From the NCBI GenBank assembly GCA_902578385.1, contig CACHCR010000005.1, positions 2,707-66,706 of the forward strand: a stretch of 64,000 bases of DNA, given 5' to 3'. Positions within the stretch are counted from its first letter, which is position 1. Every line of letters starts with the position of its first letter. Positions 58,847 through 64,000 of the stretch are shown piece after piece. This DNA is from an uncultured Fidelibacterota bacterium (GTDB taxonomy: Bacteria; Fidelibacterota; Marinisomatia; Marinisomatales; Marinisomataceae). The notes under the pieces were generated by a model, which made no database searches, was not told the origin of the DNA, and saw only the letters and a list, made by a program, of their open reading frames with translations. Both the position numbers and the translations under genes were made by a program.

Positions 58847-60546
58847 AATTTTCTTTATTTTTACTGTTTTTTTTCAGTTCCATTTATAGTCAACAGCTAT
58901 CATCAACCGTATCAAGTAATAAAATTGGTTTAACTGAATCATTAATTTTTACAATTAAAATTACTGACATTGATAGCAACCCTTCAGTTGATATTAAACA
59001 AATTGAAGATAATTTCACTATTATATCTGGACCTAACATTGGTAGTGAATATAGATTTGTTAATGGAAATAAATCATCATCAAGATCAATTTCTTGGACA
59101 TTAATTCCATTAAAAGACGGTCTTCTTGAAATTCCATCTATTAATGTTAATGTAGGAAAAAAATCATTTAATACTAAAATACACCAAGTTCAGGTTTCAA
59201 AGCAAAAATCTTCAGAAGCTACTAAAGATATATTTCTTGAAATAAAAGTTAGTAATGATAAGGTTGTTGTAGGAGAGCAGATAAAATTATCATATACTTT
59301 TTATACTAAAATTGCATCCAAAGTTATTTCCACTGAATTTCCAAAATATAGCGATTTTTGGGTTGAAAAAATGTTTGATCCTGTTGGTATGCAATTTACT
59401 CCTGAAAGCTGGGAAGACATTGAGTTGAATGGGTATAATTATAAGTCATTAAAAATTTTTGAAGTTGCTATATTTCCTTTAAAAGAGGGTGTATTTGATC
59501 TTGAATCAATGATAATGAAAGTTGAAACCAAGGAAAAAGATTCTTCATTTAATAGATTATTTTGGGATGACCCTTTTTTTGATACTTTTTCACAAAGAAC
59601 AAAAGCAAAGATTTTAGTTTCAGATCCAATAACCATTGAAGTTTCTTCTTTAAAAAATATTCCTGAAAATTTTACAGGAGCTGTTGGAAAATTTACATTG
59701 AACTCATCGCTATCAAATTCAAGTATTGATGAAGGTTCTCCTTTTATTTTTAAAGTTGTTCTTGATGGGAAAGGTAATCTTGCAAATATTGGTAGACCAA
59801 AGATAAGTTTTCCAGACAATATTGATATTTTTGAAGGAGAAACAATTATTGATAGGAATATCTCAGACAATTTTTCTGGCTCTATAACATGGGAGTATAA
59901 TTTAATTCCACGAAAAAATGGCATATTTTCTATTGATGTTATTGAAGTACCATATTTTAATTCCTCAACAAAATCCTGGTCAAAGGCATCTTCAAAAAAA
60001 ATAGATTTTACGGTTAATAAAAGTCTTATTTTTGATAGTAGCGATAAAGATTTAATATCTACAAAATCTAATGTTATACGCTATAATAGAATCGGTAAAC
60101 AGGATTGGTTATCATCTTCCAAAATTCAAATTGAAAAAACAATTATTTTTATACTATCAATTTCATTGATTTTTTTTGTAATACCATTTTTTAAATCAAA
60201 ATTTGATTCTGTCAAAAATTTAATTTTTAATTTTATGTCAGTTAAATCAGCACTAAATAATGCCATAAATAGCTTAAATGAAAGTGAATCGCTTTATAAT
60301 GATGGCTCAAAAATAATTATAAAATTTTTCTACCAAAAAAATATGATTAATTCTATAAATATGGATATATCAACCTTGAAATCTTCTTTAAAAAATAAGA
60401 TTAATAATAAAGATTTTAATGAATTATCAAAACATCTTGATGATTTTCAAACAAAATCATATTCGCAAGTTGATGATTTTAAGGATATAAAAAGTGCGGT
60501 TAATTCATTAATAAAAGTTCTAAAAAGGATTGATTTATATGTATAA
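58840..60546 (+). CDS. batD: BatD family protein
   Basis: Signal peptide, VGEQI, FTGAVGKF, GKGNL; position in bat operon. Confidence 0.88.
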   Translation: MVKFSLFLLFFFSSIYSQQLSSTVSSNKIGLTESLIFTIKITDIDSNPSVDIKQIEDNFTIISGPNIGSEYRFVNGNKSSSRSISWTLIPLKDGLLEIPSINVNVGKKSFNTKIHQVQVSKQKSSEATKDIFLEIKVSNDKVVVGEQIKLSYTFYTKIASKVISTEFPKYSDFWVEKMFDPVGMQFTPESWEDIELNGYNYKSLKIFEVAIFPLKEGVFDLESMIMKVETKEKDSSFNRLFWDDPFFDTFSQRTKAKILVSDPITIEVSSLKNIPENFTGAVGKFTLNSSLSNSSIDEGSPFIFKVVLDGKGNLANIGRPKISFPDNIDIFEGETIIDRNISDNFSGSITWEYNLIPRKNGIFSIDVIEVPYFNSSTKSWSKASSKKIDFTVNKSLIFDSSDKDLISTKSNVIRYNRIGKQDWLSSSKIQIEKTIIFILSISLIFFVIPFFKSKFDSVKNLIFNFMSVKSALNNAINSLNESESLYNDGSKIIIKFFYQKNMINSINMDISTLKSSLKNKINNKDFNELSKHLDDFQTKSYSQVDDFKDIKSAVNSLIKVLKRIDLYV

Positions 60547-61279
60547 GATCATAATAATTATTTCAATCCAATTATCATTTATTTTTTCTCAAAATGTAGA
60601 TGAATTATTTAGTACTGCTAATAAATATTATAATGAAAGTAAATATGAAGAGGCAATCCAAATTTATGAAAAAATTATTGAAAGAGATGTTTTCTCAGAA
60701 GATTTATACTTAAATCTTGGTAATGCATATTTTCAGAATCTTGAAAATGGCTCAGCTAGATGGTCATACGAAATGGGTTTAAAATTGAACCCAAGAAATC
60801 CTGATTTAAGGAATAATAATAATGTAAATAAGAATTATATTGAAAATTATATTGAAGTTCCTAAGAATAGTATTATTGACTTTATAAATTTGTTTTTTCA
60901 ATCCTTATCGCTCAATCAATTTATTTTAATTAACTCTATAATAATTCTAATTACATCTCTATCTTTTTTTATTAAAAAGGTTTTTAAAATAAATGTTTTT
61001 GATAGGTTATTTATAGTTTTTGTAATGATTTCATTTATATTCGTTTCGATAACTTTTATAAAAAACCTATGGGATCATAATAATAATTTTGCAATTATTA
61101 TTAAACAGGAATCGGTTGTTTATTCGGCTCCATTTTTAAATCAAGCAATTGAACAATCAGTATTTTATAGCGGAAATAAAGTTAAAGTCATACAGCAAAC
61201 TGAATCATGGATTGAAGTTTCTTCATTTGATGGAAGAAAAGGTTGGATTCAAGCTCAAGATGTAAGAAATTTGAATTAA
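60539..61279 (+). CDS. batE: BatE TPR + SH3 protein
   Basis: LYLNLGNAY, LNPRNPD, two TM segments, C-terminal W.EV...GRKGWI. Confidence 0.85.
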   Translation: MYKIIIIISIQLSFIFSQNVDELFSTANKYYNESKYEEAIQIYEKIIERDVFSEDLYLNLGNAYFQNLENGSARWSYEMGLKLNPRNPDLRNNNNVNKNYIENYIEVPKNSIIDFINLFFQSLSLNQFILINSIIILITSLSFFIKKVFKINVFDRLFIVFVMISFIFVSITFIKNLWDHNNNFAIIIKQESVVYSAPFLNQAIEQSVFYSGNKVKVIQQTESWIEVSSFDGRKGWIQAQDVRNLN

Positions 61280-61280
61280 G

Positions 61281-61694
61281 ATGAGATATTTTTTATTATT
61301 TTTTTTAATGAATTTCGCAATATGTCAAACCGACTTTATAAAACCCAGCGATTTTAATGACAATCCCCCAAATTTTCCTAAAGTTGTTTTGCCATCTTTT
61401 ACTACAGAAGAAATTGCTGAAACTGATACTCTAGATTCAACAAGCTATCTTGTCAAAGGGTATAGAGTTCAGATTGTAATTTCACAAAATGTAAATGAAC
61501 TTGAAGTTATTCAAGATAAGCTTATGAAATCAGTTGATAAAAAAATTTACATAATCTTTGAGTTACCAAATTATAAGTTGAGAGTTGGAAATTTTTTAAA
61601 TAGAAAGGAAGCAGAAAGTTTTCAGAAAAAAATTGTACGATTGGGATATAGAACAGCTTGGGTAGTTCCAACTATGATTGAAATGGAAGATTAA
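61281..61694 (+). CDS. SPOR domain protein
   Basis: GYRVQI, PNYKLRVGNF..RKEAE, AWVV. Confidence 0.85.
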   Translation: MRYFLLFFLMNFAICQTDFIKPSDFNDNPPNFPKVVLPSFTTEEIAETDTLDSTSYLVKGYRVQIVISQNVNELEVIQDKLMKSVDKKIYIIFELPNYKLRVGNFLNRKEAESFQKKIVRLGYRTAWVVPTMIEMED

Positions 61695-62422
61695 TGGCTG
61701 GTCATAGTAAATGGTCTACAATTAAAAGAAAAAAAGGGGCACTCGATCAAAAAAGAGGAAAGCTTTTTTCAATGATTAGTAAAGAAATCACTGTTTCTTC
61801 AAGGCTTGGAGGAAAAGAAATAGATTCTAATCCTCGTCTAAGACAAGCAATTAAAAAAGCAAAATCATTAAATATGCCAAATTCAAATATTGATAAAGCA
61901 ATAAAAAAAGGTGTTGGCGAGCTTGAAAATGTTATGATCGAGGAAGTTTCATATGAGGGATATGGCCCATTTGGAGTTGCAATTATAGTTGAAGCGATAA
62001 CTGATAATAAAAATAGAACAGTTGCAGATGTAAGACACGCTTTATCAAAATTTGGTGGTTCTTTAGGTCAGGCAGGTAGTGTTTCATGGAATTTTGAAAG
62101 AACAGGAATAATATTGATTGATAAAAAGCAAATCACTGAAGATAAAATTTTTGAATTCTCAATTGAAAACGATTGTATTGAATTTTTTGATGATGGAGAC
62201 TATTATAGGTTGCACTTTAATTCTAATGAACTATATAACAAGATTGAAACATTTGAAAAACAAAATATTAAAGTTGATTCATCATTTTTAGATTACATAC
62301 CAAAGGACGACATAGAATTATCAGAAGATGAAAATTTAAAAGTTGAGAAGCTTTTAGAATTTTTAGAAGATTTAGAAGACGTTCAAAATGTATTTTCAAA
62401 TCAAACATTAGGAAGAACATAG
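61694..62422 (+). CDS. yebC: YebC/PmpR family protein
   Basis: MAGHSKWSTIKRKK, NPRLR, YEGYGP, TDNKNRT, EDVQNVFSN. Confidence 0.96.
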   Translation: MAGHSKWSTIKRKKGALDQKRGKLFSMISKEITVSSRLGGKEIDSNPRLRQAIKKAKSLNMPNSNIDKAIKKGVGELENVMIEEVSYEGYGPFGVAIIVEAITDNKNRTVADVRHALSKFGGSLGQAGSVSWNFERTGIILIDKKQITEDKIFEFSIENDCIEFFDDGDYYRLHFNSNELYNKIETFEKQNIKVDSSFLDYIPKDDIELSEDENLKVEKLLEFLEDLEDVQNVFSNQTLGRT

Positions 62423-62892
62423 TGGTTATTATAGGATTTGATCCAGGACTAACAAATACAGGTTATGCGGTTTTGAGAAAAAAGAATAATGACATTTCAT
62501 TGATTGAATGCGGCTTAATTAATCCTAAAAAAAGCAAAATTATCTCTGAAAGATTGTATACAATCTTTAGTCAAGCTAGTGATTTAATAAAAAAATTCGA
62601 ACCTTCAACAATTTTTGTGGAGAATGTTTTTTACGGGAAGAATGTCCAGTCAGCAATAAAATTAGGTCAAGCTAAATCATCAGTAATGTTGGCAGCGGAA
62701 CATAATAAGATTAGTTCACAAGAGTTTAGTCCAAGAGAAATAAAACAATCGATAGTTGGTAATGGATCTGCATCTAAAGAACAGGTTGCATTTATGGTGA
62801 AAAAAATATTTAAATTAGATGATAATATTTTGAAGAAAAATGATATTTCAGATGCTATTGCAGTAGCATGGTGTGGATTAAATAGGACATAA
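62422..62892 (+). CDS. ruvC: Holliday junction resolvase RuvC
   Basis: GFDPG..NTGY, VENVF, KLGQA, GNGSASKEQV, DISDAIAVA. Confidence 0.96.
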   Translation: MVIIGFDPGLTNTGYAVLRKKNNDISLIECGLINPKKSKIISERLYTIFSQASDLIKKFEPSTIFVENVFYGKNVQSAIKLGQAKSSVMLAAEHNKISSQEFSPREIKQSIVGNGSASKEQVAFMVKKIFKLDDNILKKNDISDAIAVAWCGLNRT

Positions 62893-63486
62893 ATGATTGA
62901 TTCAATTTCAGGTAAAATTTTTAAAAAAGAACCAACAATGCTTTTCATTCAAAATGGTGGGGTTGTTTTTAGTATATCTATATGTTTAAGAGATTATGAA
63001 AAGCTCCCAAAAGAGGGCGAAAGCGTTTTTATTTTCACATACCTTAATGTTAAGGAAAATTTAATGGAATTATATGGCTTTTTGGATTTAGAGCGAAGAT
63101 CACTTTTTTCAAATTTAATTGATGTGTCAGGAATTGGTCCTAGAACAGCTATTAATCTTCTTTCTAATGCATCAGTATCAAGTTTCAAAGAAAATATATT
63201 ATCTGAAGATGTTAAGTCACTTAGTTTAATACCGGGCATAGGTCCAAAAACTGCCAAAAGAATTATTTTAGATATTAAAGAAAAAATTTCTTCAATACCT
63301 GTATCTCAAAATAATATTGATAATTCTAAAGTAGATTTTTCATATGATGATATCTATACTGCACTTTCTTCACTTGGATATAAAAAATCTCAAATTGATA
63401 AAGCAGTTAAAAAGTTGAATGATGAAGGTTCTTATGAGGGCGATATTGAAAATGTAATCAAAAGAATTTTGGCAATCATTCGATGA
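62893..63486 (+). CDS. ruvA: Holliday junction DNA-binding protein RuvA
   Basis: LYGF, VSGIGPRTA, IPGIGPKTAKRI, ALSSLGY. Confidence 0.96.
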   Translation: MIDSISGKIFKKEPTMLFIQNGGVVFSISICLRDYEKLPKEGESVFIFTYLNVKENLMELYGFLDLERRSLFSNLIDVSGIGPRTAINLLSNASVSSFKENILSEDVKSLSLIPGIGPKTAKRIILDIKEKISSIPVSQNNIDNSKVDFSYDDIYTALSSLGYKKSQIDKAVKKLNDEGSYEGDIENVIKRILAIIR

Positions 63487-64000
63487 GTGATTATAAAAAA
63501 ACTATATTATACGACTCTCATAAAACTTTGAAAGCTAAATTAGTTCCTTTTTCAGGATTTTGGATGCCACTTCAGTATTCTAGTATCGTTAAAGAACATC
63601 ACCATGTTAGACAGAAATGTGGAATTTTTGATGTTAGTCATATGGGTGAATTTATAGTCTCAGGACAAAATGCAGAAAAATTCTTACAAATGGTCACTAC
63701 TAACGATGTTACAGTACTCAAGCCAGGAAAAGTACAGTATTCTGCTTTCTGTAATGATCTTGGTGGAGTTATCGATGATTTGTTGGTATATCACCTTGGA
63801 GATTATTATATGCTGGTTGTCAATGCTTCAAATATTGATAAAAACTTCAAATGGCTTTCTTCGCAATTAATAGATGGCGTGTCATTAGAAAATCATTCTG
63901 GTTCCATTTCTTTGATAGCAATGCAAGGTCCTTTATCAAGAAAGTTCTTAAAAAACCTTTATCCTCAAATTGATAGTTTAAAATATTACGAAACTTTAAT
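63483..64000 (+). CDS. gcvT: Glycine cleavage aminomethyltransferase GcvT, 5' part (runs off window)
   Basis: MSDYKKTILYDSH..LVPFSGFWMPLQYSSIVKEH..VRQKCGIFDVSHMGEF..GGVIDDL..VVNASN..MQGP. Confidence 0.95.
   Translation, partial: MSDYKKTILYDSHKTLKAKLVPFSGFWMPLQYSSIVKEHHHVRQKCGIFDVSHMGEFIVSGQNAEKFLQMVTTNDVTVLKPGKVQYSAFCNDLGGVIDDLLVYHLGDYYMLVVNASNIDKNFKWLSSQLIDGVSLENHSGSISLIAMQGPLSRKFLKNLYPQIDSLKYYETL

Noticed and set aside
59439-59924. 161-aa antisense ORF inside batD, and other short nested ORFs in ftsZ, OPT, polA, batB, ruvC and ruvA
   Set aside because: Fully nested in well-supported genes; typical shadow frames
63670-63870. 66-aa ORF in the track
   Set aside because: Out-of-frame overlap with gcvT, which starts at 63483 and runs off the window

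Overview
A gene-dense, very AT-rich bacterial chromosome segment with overlapping or near-abutting genes, almost all on the + strand. It holds about 60 mostly housekeeping genes plus an initiator tRNA-Met; I saw no mobile element, prophage or CRISPR array. Gene context (batA-E, tatA-gatA, yicC-gmk-rpoZ-UDG-dnaB, acidic-tailed S16, long IspG) points to the FCB supergroup, most plausibly a streamlined marine lineage such as Marinimicrobia/SAR406; this is inference. Most notable: (1) a candidate metal-sensing ribosome-stalling leader (signal-like N-terminus, His cluster, CxxC, atypical KSPP encoded by a C8 run) followed by a hairpin and a TonB-dependent receptor with two long His/Asp repeat loops, divergent from an OPT transporter; (2) a 701-aa Smc with intact head motifs but no recognisable hinge; (3) a rearranged dcw cluster with ftsZ in the slot of murE-murF-mraY; (4) an apicomplexan-like dUTPase; (5) possible iron-sparing changes (family-1 UNG in a family-4 UDG locus, LapB without a rubredoxin domain); (6) a sigma54-type promoter for groESL, a DnaA box at the dnaB start, a hairpin covering the polA start codon, and a candidate sRNA. 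All calls come from motif recognition; no database search was run.
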